Part shown: piece by piece, positions 1 through 13,074 of the stretch
Layout of the letters: each line of letters begins with the position of its first letter
Numbering within the stretch: position 1 is the first letter of the stretch
DNA from: Balanoglossus misakiensis
Lineage: Eukaryota > Animalia > Hemichordata
Direction: 5' to 3'
NCBI GenBank assembly: GCA_040954595.2
Contig: CM082596.2
Span: forward strand, 8,755,124-8,819,123
DNA: 64,000 nt
Program-made: the position numbers and the translations under genes
The notes under the pieces: generated by a model
Told to the model about the DNA's origin: nothing
The model's input: only the letters and a program-made list of their open reading frames with translations
Databases searched by the model: none

Positions 1-203
1 TTTGTTAGTTTTTCTGTTAAAAAGTTTCACCCATCATCACTTTAGCTTATGAACTCCCATTTCTTAAACATGGCAAAAATCGGCCATCTTGAAATTGTGT
101 CGACCATATGAGATTTTCATCATTCACTTTGGTAGCTTAAAACCTATTTAAGGTAGGGAGAATTATCATTTATTCAGTGAAATACATGTAAAAGTTAGCA
201 TAC

Positions 204-3200
204 CCTTTTCCTCTTGTCTGAGAATATATGCATCAGACGTTCGGCCATAAAAAAGAAATAAATCCCCAACAGGACAACTAGGCCTCTCAACACTACATCT
301 GGTGGTCCACTCTTGCCATGGTTGTCTCCAGGCTCATCACCATGGCTACCGTGACTGTCAGTTTCTTCATGGGCATGCAATCCAAAAGACTGGCAAAATG
401 AACAGAACAGCTGTTTTATTTCATTGTCTCTCTCTAAAAGTTCAGATTATTATTCATTGATGTTGGTAGTAAAACAGAACTGATATTTTTTATCTGTGAT
501 AAGTAACTGAGATAAAACAGTCTGTTAAAAGCATGTTGAAATAAATACTTTCAGTGTACTTTCATTCACTGTGCTCATGGTTTTTTTTAAAATAAAGTTT
601 GGATCAAGACCCGCAGATAACAAAAAATTTATATCAATTTGATATATAATTACAGGAAAAAACATGTGAAAATAATAACAATGTTGACAGCAAAAAATGA
701 GGCATTCAATGGGTTAAATCTATGATTTCATAACAAATTAAGAAGAGAATAAACAATAGACACAGATAGTGACTGTGAATGCATGAAACAACACAATATC
801 ATGATGACAAATATCCAAACAGACCATTGACAATGCATTCACAATTTCACCAAGATATTCATACTACATTCAGTGACAACATTTAGAGCATGCGAGATGA
901 CATTTATGTTGTACCATTACAGCCCCAACAGCTGTCACTTTTACCAAGACCATGTTTTTAATTAAAAACATATTTCAATTTTCTCCTCTTTACAATGGGC
1001 AGTTGAATAAATGGGTGTGGCACCCATTTATTAAACTTGTTAATATTTAAGTGTACTACCACAATCAGCTGTTGATAATATGTTTGTGTATTCACAAGTA
1101 AACTCACTTAAAAGGTCCAGTTCAAAAGTAAAATCACGAAAATAATTTTAGAAATTGGCAGTTATTGTGGCTTTAACCAACACTGTTTACACAGTCAATC
1201 AAACAACTTGACAATTTGAGAAAAGATGTTCAAAGATAATTACTTACATGAGGTATGAGATGCAAGACAGCATCGCCCGCTAGAGTCCCTACTGCTAGGG
1301 CCACCAGAAATGTTAACAGTTGTTTGTAAAATTCCGGGAATTTTTTGAATGCTGGCACGGTCAGTATTCCAATCAACGAGACGAGACTAATGATTGTAAT
1401 TGACAGGAAACCGTAACCCCAAACTGTAACAAATTGAAAAAGAAACAAATTACAATCCAGTCATAGCTGCCAGCTGAAGTGCGCCCTCTATAACATGGAC
1501 AGTTGCCAAATGAAGTGCGCCCTCTAAGGGGCATCAGTTGATCACTGCACCTTCTACAAACAGGAGGAAACTGAGGTCAAGTTGAGGAATGCAAAGATCC
1601 ATCCTTTCTGCACACATTCATATGTGTATGAAAAATTCTCCCACTTAAAGATTCTTCACCGGTGTTATGAGATACTTTGAAGTCAGACACTGTACAAGTG
1701 AATTATTACATCCGTTAAACATACTGACCAAAATACACTTTTGAATGCACACTGCAAAGGTGCAGGTAGTTATCGTGGCACTGCAGTGTAAAAATGTATT
1801 CCAAGCCTATCAGTGTAAAAATAGATTTTCACAGAAGAGAACTTTTCCAATGCAGACACTGTGCATATGTGAAAAAATATGCAAATCAAATGCATTCTTC
1901 AGCCATTATATTATCAATGATGGTGGTGATGATGATGATGATGATGATACAAACCTTGCGCAGGAGTACTTTGCAAACTTGGCAATGTTTCATCTTTCTC
2001 TTCATCCTTATGATCATCGTCAACATGTTGACAAACTTTACTATCAAGTTGATGAATAAGCAAGGGGCAGACGTGATACAATCCTTCTTCATCCAGTCCA
2101 AATTTAGACCCCACTTGTCTACCATACATGGCAAGATAACTCTCTGATGTAATACACTGCAATTCAAAGAAACAGACATTTAAAATCAACTACTTCCATT
2201 CCGCTTGCATGATATGAGAGTAAAAATCTTGCCAAAATGAATAAATGGTAGAGAACGATTATTCATTTTGGTGAGTTTTTTCACTCTAGTGTCTACAAGT
2301 GGGATGGAAGTTGTGTGTGGTCGAATGTTGATTCAATATATATCCATGTTTACATTAACATAAACGGTGTCTTGATTAAAACATAATTAATGGGAAAAGG
2401 GCAGCGAGAGAGAGACTTTGTCCCTTTAACATATCACAGTGTGCAAATTTGTAATAGGATACAGTCATACCAAACAGGGGTTCAATAATACGCACAGCTC
2501 AAGTTTTTCATGTGGACAGACATACCGGTACAAAATGGGACCTAAAAATTTGTTGTTTAATTGAAGTATACCAGGTATCCCAGCCCACAACATTTAAGAT
2601 TATTGTATGCCAATGTGCTGCTGTGTTGGCAAAATACAAATGTATTGGTCACAGTCGAGTAAATTACTTTTTAATTAGGTGATTAATAATGCCACCTAAT
2701 GCTGCGTTGGCAAAAGAGATTATTCATGTTCACCTTTAGGCTAAAAAAAACATCACCAGCTGAAATTTGCTGGAACACGCTTCAGGTATGAGTATTAAAT
2801 GAAACTCAAATTATTTTGTGTTTAGGGATTTTACACGAAAAAAATTGCCATCTTCAAGTTCCAGAATGTCACTGATTAGATGTACGGTCAGTTCCAAGGG
2901 ACACTACAGTTCAAACATGCATTGCTGGGTCACAGCCAATGCATCTGCAATCAAAGCTTCAGTATACATGCATGGTCACATTGCTTTGCAATCCTCACTA
3001 TTATTAACATGATTACCAAAATAGGCACCAAAATACTTTCACATTTCATTATTCTTAAACATGTCATCAAATATCCTAATTGTTCCAAAAATATGTATCG
3101 ATTGGACTTGTTTTGGGAGCATTGTGTTAGCAGCTGATCATGCATACCAACAGGTTCATTTTTGCTAACTTCATCCTGCATATTTTAATCTACACTGTGT

Positions 3201-6200
3201 GCTTTTTTGTACAGAATCTGTCGGATCTTGAACTAACACATGACTTAGACAGTCTGTATTTCACAATTCTCATCTTTACAGCAACCTCAGTCAGGCTATC
3301 CCAAATTGGACTCATTCTATCCGCTGGTGTCATCCATATTTCCATATACGGATCTCCTTTTCACAATTATCTTTCACACGCTCCTTTACAGATGCAATGG
3401 TCTGTGACTATAAATGTCTTTTATGCAGACATGGATGTAGTAGTTTAATTGAAAACACAAGGACTTACCAAGATCTCTCATGGTACAAAACATTTGAGAA
3501 TTCACAGAACAAGAAAGATGATGACTTTATTCATTTTGAAACCACCATCGCAGCTATTTTCTGATTCATCTTAAATTTAGACAGAATAAATAAATACAAA
3601 ATAGTGTGATCAATCATATTAATTAAAATGAAAGATGGTGATAACAATATACGTATTATTCTAAACCTAGTGCCATAACCTATGACATTCAATATGTTCC
3701 CATATGGACATAGACCCAATTCAGATAACATGTTTTAATGCGCCTGCGACGCACAGACTAACAAAAGCATTCTATTTTTGCCTAATGTGCCAATTCATTA
3801 TATAATTTAATCACAATTACGTCAAATTCTCATCTGCTTTGTTTCATGGGACAGCTCTTCATTCCTCTAAGTCTGTGAACACAGTTCATCCTTGGTGGAT
3901 CGAATAATATGATGGTAGCAAATTGATCTTGTTCAAAGTCACTCATTCTGACCTTTCATATATCCAGATCAGGGGTCCAAAAGCACTTGAAATTGACATG
4001 GGTACAAGTCAAATGTGGACATTAGGCAGTCACCAGTCACAAATATTTATGAATCATGAAAAACTCTTGTAACACAAAATTTGACTGAAAGATTTTGTTA
4101 GGGGTTAATTTAGTTTACAATGCTAATATTCTCTGCTTTGCAACACAGAGAAAATACAAAGTAATTTCTTCACTATGATGAGGCATTTTTTGTTCATTGT
4201 TGAAATTAGGCCTTGCTTTCAAGTCAACACAATACAGTGTATATTATTAATTTAGCACAAAGTAGGGAATTCATATAGACTCTGCTAGGAATATCGCCAT
4301 ATTTCATTGGAAAGATAGTAATTATTGCGCACCTTTGGGAAAACGGTGTCGTGGAGGCGTGCCATTATCACAAATGATATCTGAATTATTAATAGCATGT
4401 CCCACAAATACCCTTTAGACAGTGAGCAATGCGTCATTCAAAACTGAGTCAGTTTTTGATCATTTTTTACCTACAGGCATGAAAAAAATGATGACTGGCA
4501 AAAAATTACTAGCGAAATATAAACATTTCAATTTAATAAAACACAACTAAAAAGTAATATTCTGTGTGAAAACATCAGATTCTTGTGGACTTGGTCACCT
4601 TTCGCATACAGGAAATGTATTAGGGAGCATTCGTTTTTTACAGGGAGGGGGGGGGGGCCGGTGGAAATCAGGGGGGGGGGTTTACTTTTACAAAGCAGTT
4701 TTTAGGGGGGGACAAATTTTATAATCAAGGGATTATTATATAGGGACTGAAAGGGGGGGGGGACTTGAAAACTTTGACGGCTAAATATTTATTTTGAGTC
4801 CACCCCCTCCCACACCCACCCCCTCCATTCATCAACACCTTTCAATCATTGACTGGTTTATCTAGTGTCCCAGGTCAGGGGACTTGCCCCCACCCCATGA
4901 TAACTTTGAGCGGCGACGTTAATTTGCTTTTGCTGGGTTCATTAAAATGCAGCTTTGAGCTCTGTATTTTATAAAATTTTCTTACGTGGGAGGGGGACAC
5001 CCCCTCCCAAACCCACCCCCTTCAATTCTCGGTTTACAATGTCTCCCAACACAGAATACAAATACTTAAAAAATAAAAACAATGTTCAGTTTTAATACCC
5101 ACTGATGAGGGGAAATATCGGTTTCAAATTCTTTTCATGGGAGCGCTGTGTCCATGATAAGTTTAATCCGGTGGATAAACTTTTTTTTTTTTTTGGGGGG
5201 GGGGGGGGTCACATTTTAGAAAAGTAATTTCCAGGGGGGGTTGCCTTTTACATTTAGTCGGCGACTCAAATTCCACCGCCCCCCCCCTCCCTGTAAAAAA
5301 CGAATGCTCCCTCCCTTACCAGTCTGAAAACATAGACTATTATTTCAGAATATCTAAAACATTTGTTGTTACCTCTACTTATCATTAGAAAAGTGGTCTG
5401 AAAACATAGACTATTATTTCAGAATATCTAAAACATTTGTTGTTACCTCTACTTATCATTAGAAAAGTGGCCAATTTTTTAACAAAAAATCTAAATAAAT
5501 GTTAAGGATTGTGTAGATGATAAAAATTGGACCAATCTGGTATAACATTTTGGAAAGAGAAAAGGGACCAATGTAAACAAAGAAATAAATTAAGTTGCAG
5601 GTGTGTTCACAGGCAAATGTCTCATGTTATGTGTCAGGATTTGTCAGGGTATGTGTCAGGGTATATCTCATGGTATGTGTCAGGGTATATCTCATGATAT
5701 GTGTCAGGGTATATCTCATGGTATGTGTCAGGGTACATATGGTGCGTCACTCTGGGTACATTACACATTTAAATTTGCCACCTGTTGTATAGGGTGTTTG
5801 CATCAGAAGATTGGGACAGCTTGCAGATTCAAAATTTCTCACAGTAACACTTGGCAGGTTAACATTCTCATTAGAAACCCCAGTTATTCTCCCAGCACTA
5901 GGGGAAGGGGAAGACGACAAGTACCTGGTACTCAAAAAAAGAGTGAATCAGACTTTAAAAATGTAGCTGTGCCCATATGCAGTCGTTCAGACTTGTTATC
6001 TGTGCAAACAAAAGTTTAAACTAGGTCACAGTTTAAACAATTCTTAGGACAGGGAGGAAGAGGTCCACGTACATGTACATTGTATTAGGGGCAGAGGGGA
6101 GGAGAGAGAGGGGATAATTCTTCTTTTCTGTCAAGCTGATAAAAACAGTTACATGATTTGACAGTTTGGCTAATCAGTGTATACATTGCAGAACATCTGT

Positions 6201-9200
6201 TGTTTGTACAGCCAATGTCCTATTTTTAAATAATATCAGTGTGTGCACAGGATGCTTTTATTGATAAGAAGTTATTATTTGGGTCTTTGATTAGTGAAAG
6301 ATACAAATATTCAACATGAAAGCTGACCCAAATAAATTTTCTCTCCAAGCATTACGAACTAGAACTACAATATTGCGTGTTTTTATCTGTAAGCCAGGAA
6401 GACTGCATGTAAATTATTTGATAATTAAAACCATAACTTGATTATTATATTGTAGAATGAAAGAAGTTTTTGGACAGAATAAATGTTTGAGCTTTGTATG
6501 AAACACTGAACTGATAAAGACACTTGTGTGACTGTCACTTTACCCTTTGATAATGATAATAAGACCTATGAATTAAGGACACCGATTTTGATTTTAAAAA
6601 AATTAAATTCCAACTTATATAGAAATGCCCTAAGTGTCTCAAAGTTCACTCATGATAACCACTGTGAAATATTGCATGCCTGTACAACTTCAACACAATA
6701 TGCTTATTTATATAAGAGAGATAAACACAATATGGATATTTACAGTGATAAAATGTGCATTGTGTCAGGTATCACACAGTTTCTTGGTAAAGCGAAGTCC
6801 AGTGTACCCTCGGCCAATAGGATATGCCACTGCCAGCCAGCCAGACTATGCCCGACACAAATATGATGCAACACAAAATTGTTAAATTTGTTGACAAGTA
6901 AAAAATTACAAGTTGATTGTACCTATGTACAGTTTGTCTAGTTCCCCGATTGTTCCATAAAATATTAGGTACGCTACACTGTATGTACCGATATATTAAT
7001 GGCTGCTATTCATCAAATGTTCTGATTTGAAAATTTAAATTTCTAAATTTGTGAGGTTATTCAATATTTGAAAAATTATGACAACATTAATCATCAAAAT
7101 AAAATAAAACATCAAAATAGCCATCACTGGTTGTGTTTGTTTTTTTCCTTTTTATATGTAATTGTCTTGAATTTTGTTTCATGACTCTAAGGCCTAATGC
7201 GCACAACTTGTCCAAATTCTGGACAAGATACAAGCATTCAACAGGTCACTCAATACATTCCTCGATCCTCAATTTGTTGTGTTTGATATTTCCTGCCAGT
7301 CATGCTACATGTACCTTCTTTGCATGTGCACATTACAAGCATCATGTGCACATAACATACATGAACTAACAAAATACCCCATGAATTGTCACTTGTGGCC
7401 CAGTGCAGATCATTCACATGTGCTTCTTTCAATATGGCATTTTTCTTACTCTTTCACACCTTTACACACAAAATATGGCTAATCAGTGTAAGCAAAATAC
7501 GCAAATGTGGAATTAATAAATTGAAAATCACAAACATCATGCAATTAATTTGACATAATAACTGATAAAAGACTCAAAGTTCTTGATTATAAAGCCATGG
7601 TTGACAAATAAATACTATTGATAATTGTACCAAATAATTCTACACTGATACCTCCATACATTCTTTGCAGTTCAAATTACAGGTGAGGTATCTCCTTCAG
7701 GAACAACCACGACTGGAATGTATGGCTCTCATACCCATCCATTACTCAAGCATTAAATATGTATATCATGACCTTTGACTAATTATATTTCTAAATCCAC
7801 TGACAATTACATGTATTAACTTAGTTGACATTTACAGCATTAATTATGTATTCTTATCTCTGCACTATGAAGAATTAATAAAAGATGAGTTGAATGGTGA
7901 CACACTTCAGTGCCTGTTATCCTTTGTTATTTCCCATGGTATTCACAAATAATCTCTTCTTGCAACAGTGTGTTGGTGGTTGCCAATAAAACAATTATTC
8001 TCTGTATCAAGTTTGAATTTTTAATGCTTACGTTTCTGTCATTCAAATAAACTGCAGAAATTTCAACTGTCACTGTACATAGACATACATGTAGAATGAT
8101 GAAATTCTGGTACCACAAGAAAAATTCATATATTACACTCACAATGTGAAGGGTCGGCAGTGGCACCGTATAACTATACGTAGACTTCAGTTTTGTCCCT
8201 TCTTTTCACACTCTTACTATAAACTACATCTTTCCCTGATTTCTGACAGCCTATGTTCGGCGCCATCTTGTCCGTAGTTAGGACAGCAACACACTGCTGT
8301 ATGGTATTGACTGTATACAATTTTTCGTAACCAAAGTCTGGTTTGGCACATGTGCATAAGACGAAAGTCGTCCTTTAATACTAGTGAGGGGGAATGAAAA
8401 ATCCTAAGAACATGAACACTTTGCAATCAAACTTAAAATCTTGCAGCTTAGTGTACAACATAAATTGTTGACATATTTGAATGTTAAAATGAAGTCTTGC
8501 TTGCATAAAACTTTCTCTAAACCACATATATCTGCATACAATTCTGAGCATAGAGGGTATTAAGTTCAGTGGAGATATTAGGGTCATTTACAAAAAAAAA
8601 ATCAAATTTACAAGCTTGTTTTCCCAGCAGAACGTACAATGCACTTTTGCATCAAATCCCTTTTGCCACTCAGTGTCAGTCATCAAATTTACACTTTCTC
8701 TGTGGATTTTGATTAGCTTTTTTGAAAATATTTAGTGGAGTGAGGTGAAGCATGAACCTTTGGCAGTTCCAAATGTAAACCTGTAGAAAAAATGGTCTCA
8801 TGTAACTGCAACAATATTTAGGACATACGTTTTAGGAGAAATTATTATATAAAATTATTTTTTTAAACGATATATTATATCCAGCGTGCGAAATTCACGC
8901 TAACCCGGTTATATCATGAGGTTCATTTCTTTTAGTCTCCATTGCTCTAGAGAACAGGAAACTAAATGAATTTGATGATGAATTTTGTCACATTCACTTC
9001 AATTATTTACGTGGTAACCAATTTGACCAATTCTGGGGGGAAAAGTTGACCGAAGACCTGAAAATCTCTATATGTGCAAAATTAGACCCGTCATGGGTCT
9101 TAAATTTCAACTTACACTCTCATGAATGCCATCAGGCACCTCGTCGCCTTGGTGACTGTCATCTCCCAAATGATCCTCATCTCCATGGAGACCATCATCA

Positions 9201-9916
9201 TGATCATCTTCTGTAGGATATGATGTCACAGTCTCCCATACCTCATCAAGTTCTCTGACTAGTCTGTCATTCTGAGCATTTATCCCCTTGTCAATTTTGG
9301 TATTCGCTGATGGGTATTTTTTCTCCAATATTCCACTTGCCAACCTACCCGTCTGTTTTCTCTCGAATTGTAAGTTTCTGAGGCGTGAGTTGCTTGAACG
9401 TTTTATAAACTTTCTCGGTGTCTGCACAGTGTTTTTAAAGTTTCTCTCGTGTTTTTCAACTCTATGTTCGACGGCACCTGGAGCGCTGTCACCCTGAAAC
9501 GACGGGTCTTGCTCTCGTGAAGGGTCGCTAAGACTTCGGGCGGCCCGTTTGTCTTCATGACCGTGGTCGTCGCTTCCGAGTGTTTCATGGTCATCGTGGT
9601 CGTGCTCGTCTCCTTCACCGAGGAGGCCGACGTGCGCCAGTAGCTTCTCGAAACCGCCTTTGTCAATAAGCCCGTCGGGTGTGCCGTACTTGTCGAACAG
9701 ATCTCGAAGGCATTCTCCCTCAAAAGTTTTTGCGTTTACATCGTCGGCACCGGTCGGATGTGCGGTGCCCAGAAGAGGTGTCAGAGGAGGTGGGAAGTCG
9801 GTCGAATTCGAAGTTGTTGGAGAGCGAGACGATCTTTTCTCGATCTCGTCGCTTTCATGGCAGTGTACATGGACAACGAATAAAAAGACACAACAAAGCC
9901 AGCCACAGTCAGCCAT
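204..9916 (-). CDS. LIV-1 family zinc transporter (ZIP6/ZIP10-like, SLC39A), 5' four coding exons; gene continues off the left edge
   Basis: Exons 9916-9116, 2156-1955, 1423-1248 and 389-204 join in frame with GT-AG boundaries. They encode a signal peptide, a His/Asp-rich ectodomain, a CPALL-like motif (VCPLLIHQLDSKVC), TM1 VWGYGFLSITIISLVSLIG, the LIV-1 motif ALAVGTLAGDAVLHLIPH and TM3 GIYFFFMAERL. Confidence 0.9.
1916..1948. repeat. (GAT/GGT)n microsatellite in a ZIP intron
   Basis: atgatggtggtgatgatgatgatgatgatgat just inside the intron after the exon 2 donor. Confidence 0.85.
4623..5311. mobile_element. Harbinger/Tourist-like MITE with GGGAGCATTCG TIRs
   Basis: TIR gggagcattcgttttttacagggagggg / cccctccctgtaaaaaacgaatgctccc; TTA on the left, and TTA on the right after a short tccc duplication; the interior is shared with the 10977 and 48156 elements. 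Confidence 0.75.
5322..5469. repeat. Direct tandem duplication, 2 x 74 bp
   Basis: gtctgaaaacatagactatt...ttagaaaagtg is repeated at 5322 and 5396. Confidence 0.9.
5628..5740. repeat. Minisatellite, ~24-bp unit tgtgtcagggtatatctcatggta
   Basis: About three full units plus partial units are visible. Confidence 0.85.
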
Positions 9917-10095
9917 TTCCTAATATAAATAGACTAACACCGTTATATTCTAATCTTGCTCGGTGTCCTCTTGTCAACAAACCACTTGCCCAGATGTTCT
10001 GTCAGATCCCAGCAGACGACAACTTCACAGCTTCAAATCCACAGCCCAACGCCACATTTTCTCGGCAACTTTTTCTGACTAGCAGCACAGACACG

Positions 10096-10440
10096 TGCAC
10101 GCAGGATTCAACATGGTGTTCGCCGTCTCTTTTCCGCACAACTGGTGATCTTGCACGCCACTTGGTCGACGGGGGTCGGTCGCACAGCCACCGAAAGAAG
10201 CGTTTGCCAGAGCTGGGCAAGTTTTGCAGTCCCTCAAAACTTTCCTTCAATTACAGAGCAGATTTAAATTTCGGTGGAGGTGTGCCGTGTGAAATTTCCG
10301 ACGAGCCGTGTGCATATTATGTGATGATGGCGACCGTCCTTTTATATTTATGCATGTGACGTCACATGATGACGTTGCATCCAATCTCTACTCGTTGGGG
10401 GCGTGATCATGAGTGGGAGTATTCGGAAGTTTGCCAATCC
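10096..10440 (-). promoter_or_regulatory. Predicted ZIP promoter: TATA box, CRE, CCAAT boxes and three metal-response elements
   Basis: TATAAAAG on the minus strand at 10346-10339; TGACGTCA at 10357-10364; CCAAT near 10381 and 10435; TGCRCNC at 10308-10314 (-), 10152-10158 (+) and 10096-10102 (+); locally CpG-rich. Confidence 0.6.
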
Positions 10441-10455
10441 CTAAGGCTAATGCAT

Positions 10456-10535
10456 TAGCCTGGTCACCATACCCAGTGTGTTTTAGATAGACTCGCACAC
10501 TAGTGTGAAACACACTGGGTATGGTGACCAGGCTA
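10456..10535. mobile_element. 80-bp TAG...CTA hairpin MITE with a 9-bp TSD (AcademH-like non-autonomous element)
   Basis: TIR tagcctggtcaccatacccagtgtgttt / aaacacactgggtatggtgaccaggcta; perfect 9-bp duplication ctaatgcat at 10447-10455 and 10536-10544. Confidence 0.8.
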
Positions 10536-10976
10536 CTAATGCATGAACCAAACCTGCAAAAAGTTGTATGGAAAAAATAATTCGCTGACCGTGGCCCTGG
10601 GGTAGATGCAGTACCATAGGAGGTTTTGCCTGGTATTACTGTGTGTGGACGGCAAAACCAGACCAGGCAAAACGAGCCCAGAGCCTGAGGCAACAACTTT
10701 ATGCGTCACGGTCCCAATAGATTTAAATTCCACCCACGGCAGTGATCGCACAACTGGAAAATAATAAATACATTAATGTTCAGAGAATGTACTACGTGTG
10801 CATGTTCCAATTGACAGATTTTTTGATCGATTACTCATAATATAGTATCTAGCTAGTAAAAACCGGTCGTGGCACTATCAGAATAAATCGGTATACCAAT
10901 TGGTTTTCCCCGAAAAAAAGGTGTATCTTTGAAGCTTGTAGAAAGGGAGACCACAACTGGTATCAGAATAAGCTTA

Positions 10977-11767
10977 GGCTGCATTCACAAACACCTCTGG
11001 AGGGGGGGGGGGGAGAATTCAAATTTTTTTACCGCTAATTTTCACATGCCCCCCGTACACAACCCGAAAAATTTCAAATCCCCCCCTTCCGAACTGCCAA
11101 AATTTTGAAATCCCCCCCCCCCATTTTCTTTCACAGAGCAAAACTCATCACCTAGTATCTATCTTGTAAAAAAAGAAAAACAGCGCTCCCATGAAAAGAA
11201 TTTGAAACTGATGTACCCCTTCACTGAACATTGTTTTTATTTTTTAAGTATTTGTATTCTGTGTTGGGAGACATTGTAAACCGAGAATTGAAGGGGGTGG
11301 GTGTGGGAGGGGGTGTCCCCCTCCCATGTAAGAAATTTTTATAAAATACAGAGCTCAAAGCTGCATTTTAATGAACCCGGCAAAAGCAAATTAACTCAAC
11401 TACCGGTATGTTGGGGAGGACAAATTTAACCGTCGCCACTCAAAGTTATCATGCGGTGGGGGCAAGTCCCCTGACCTGGGACACTAGATAAACCAATCAA
11501 TGATTGAAAGGTGTTGATGAATGGGGGTGTGGGTGTGGGAGGGGGGGGGTGTCCCCCTCCCCCATTAGAAAATTTTGTAAAATAAAGGGCGCGAAACTGC
11601 ATTTTTGTGGACTCAAAATAAATATTTAGTCGTCAAAGTTTTCAAGTCCCCCCCTTTCAGTCCCTAAATTATTTCAAATCCCCCCCTTACATACCCTAAA
11701 TTTTTTCAAATCCCCCCCTCAATTCTCCTGCCCCCCCCCCCCTCCAGAGGTGTTTGTGAATGCAGCC
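10977..11767. mobile_element. Harbinger/Tourist-like MITE (GGCTGCATTCAC TIR family), copy 1
   Basis: TIR ggctgcattcacaaacacctctggaggggg at both ends; TTA on both flanks; near-identical inverted copy at 48156-48955. Confidence 0.88.
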
Positions 11768-13074
11768 TTAGGGCCTACAATATTAATAACTTCAGTAAAC
11801 CTTTCTTTGCGTCATTTTTATCTGTATCCGGGCCGAGATACTAAGCAATTGAGTTAAAAACGGTAAACGTCAGTGTGTTTATAGAAGCGACCAGGTTGGT
11901 CTGTTGTTGAGTGCGATATTAATCACATCCACACATATGTCCATAACATTTTGAATCCACAAACATTATGAACAAGCATATGAGTTCTTCGGGCATTTGT
12001 CACGTATTCTCAAAATCATCACAACATCAAATCACTCGACATATAATTTAAAGCAAAATACCAGACCCAGAAAAAAACGGGGCGGGGGGGGGGGGGGGGG
12101 GGAGGGGACCCAACAATTAAATGAAATACTGAGGGGTTGACTCGAAAGTAACGGTGCAGGTTATGTACTCAGTGTCTCACGGAATGCTAGAATAGTAGCT
12201 ATAGAAGGCCAATGCATGCAGTCTTAAATATCATAGGTCATGGTGAATGAAATCGCTCATGAGTGGCAAACAATTAATTCGAAATCGCGTGGTTGATATC
12301 AAAATTCCATACGGCAGGCGTGGGTGTTTAAAATCGCCAATTAAAGAAATAAACGTATTTAAAATCGTCAAAGGGGAAATATCGCATAATTTCACTTGTT
12401 GCCTCCAACGCACAGTCACTTTTTATCGGTCATAGTGCGGACATCTGTTGTCTAGCAGCTTGCTATTGACACTGAGCAGCTCCGTACCTATCACGAAAAC
12501 CTCAAACGCCTAAAAGTTATAAAAGATAATGGAAAATTAAAATATTTTTGTGTACAAAAAGTATGCTTGAGTTCAGTTATTTTTGATAAACCAACGACAT
12601 TTAACAGTTGATTTTTATACAATGTAATATTGTGATTTTTTTACCATGATATCAGTGTGGATGTGATCAAGCTTATCGCCCCTGATATAAATATGAGATA
12701 TTAATAATTATAAAGTCGCTGAATACCACAAACTCTTATTGTGACGTCAAAGCTATGCATCACAGTGCATGAAGTTACCTTCTCTCTTTGGTGCATGCGC
12801 AAGGCGGGCGTAGGCGTTCTACTTCTTATCGCCTACTCGTATTACTTTGACACCTAAAACAATATGATTGTAATAAGGTGTGACGTCAATGGACACCGAG
12901 TAAAATTGTGAGTGAATTTGTCGATATTTTAGAGCATATCCCACTGTACCTGTGGTTTGGTAGCAGACACTCAGTGGTGTTATTTTGACAGGGGCAATTT
13001 TCAATCTCTAGTTCGTTGACATTTAATATGTGGTGCAAACCTTTTGCTTTTCATTAAAATCTTAATCAAGTTAA

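Noticed and set aside
1914-1954. Poly-His tail of ORF 1914..2189 as a zinc-binding tract of the ZIP protein
   Set aside because: It lies beyond the splice donor at 1954 and is an intronic (GAT)n microsatellite; including it leads to a stop before the TM domains.
5595-6019. Repetitive ORFs (MCQGISHG / VRVYLM) or a CRISPR-like array
   Set aside because: These are translations of a 24-bp minisatellite with no unique spacers, in a eukaryotic intron.
9679-10359. 226-aa plus-strand ORF
   Set aside because: Antisense to ZIP exon 1 and its GC-rich 5' UTR, with no recognisable motifs; likely a shadow ORF.
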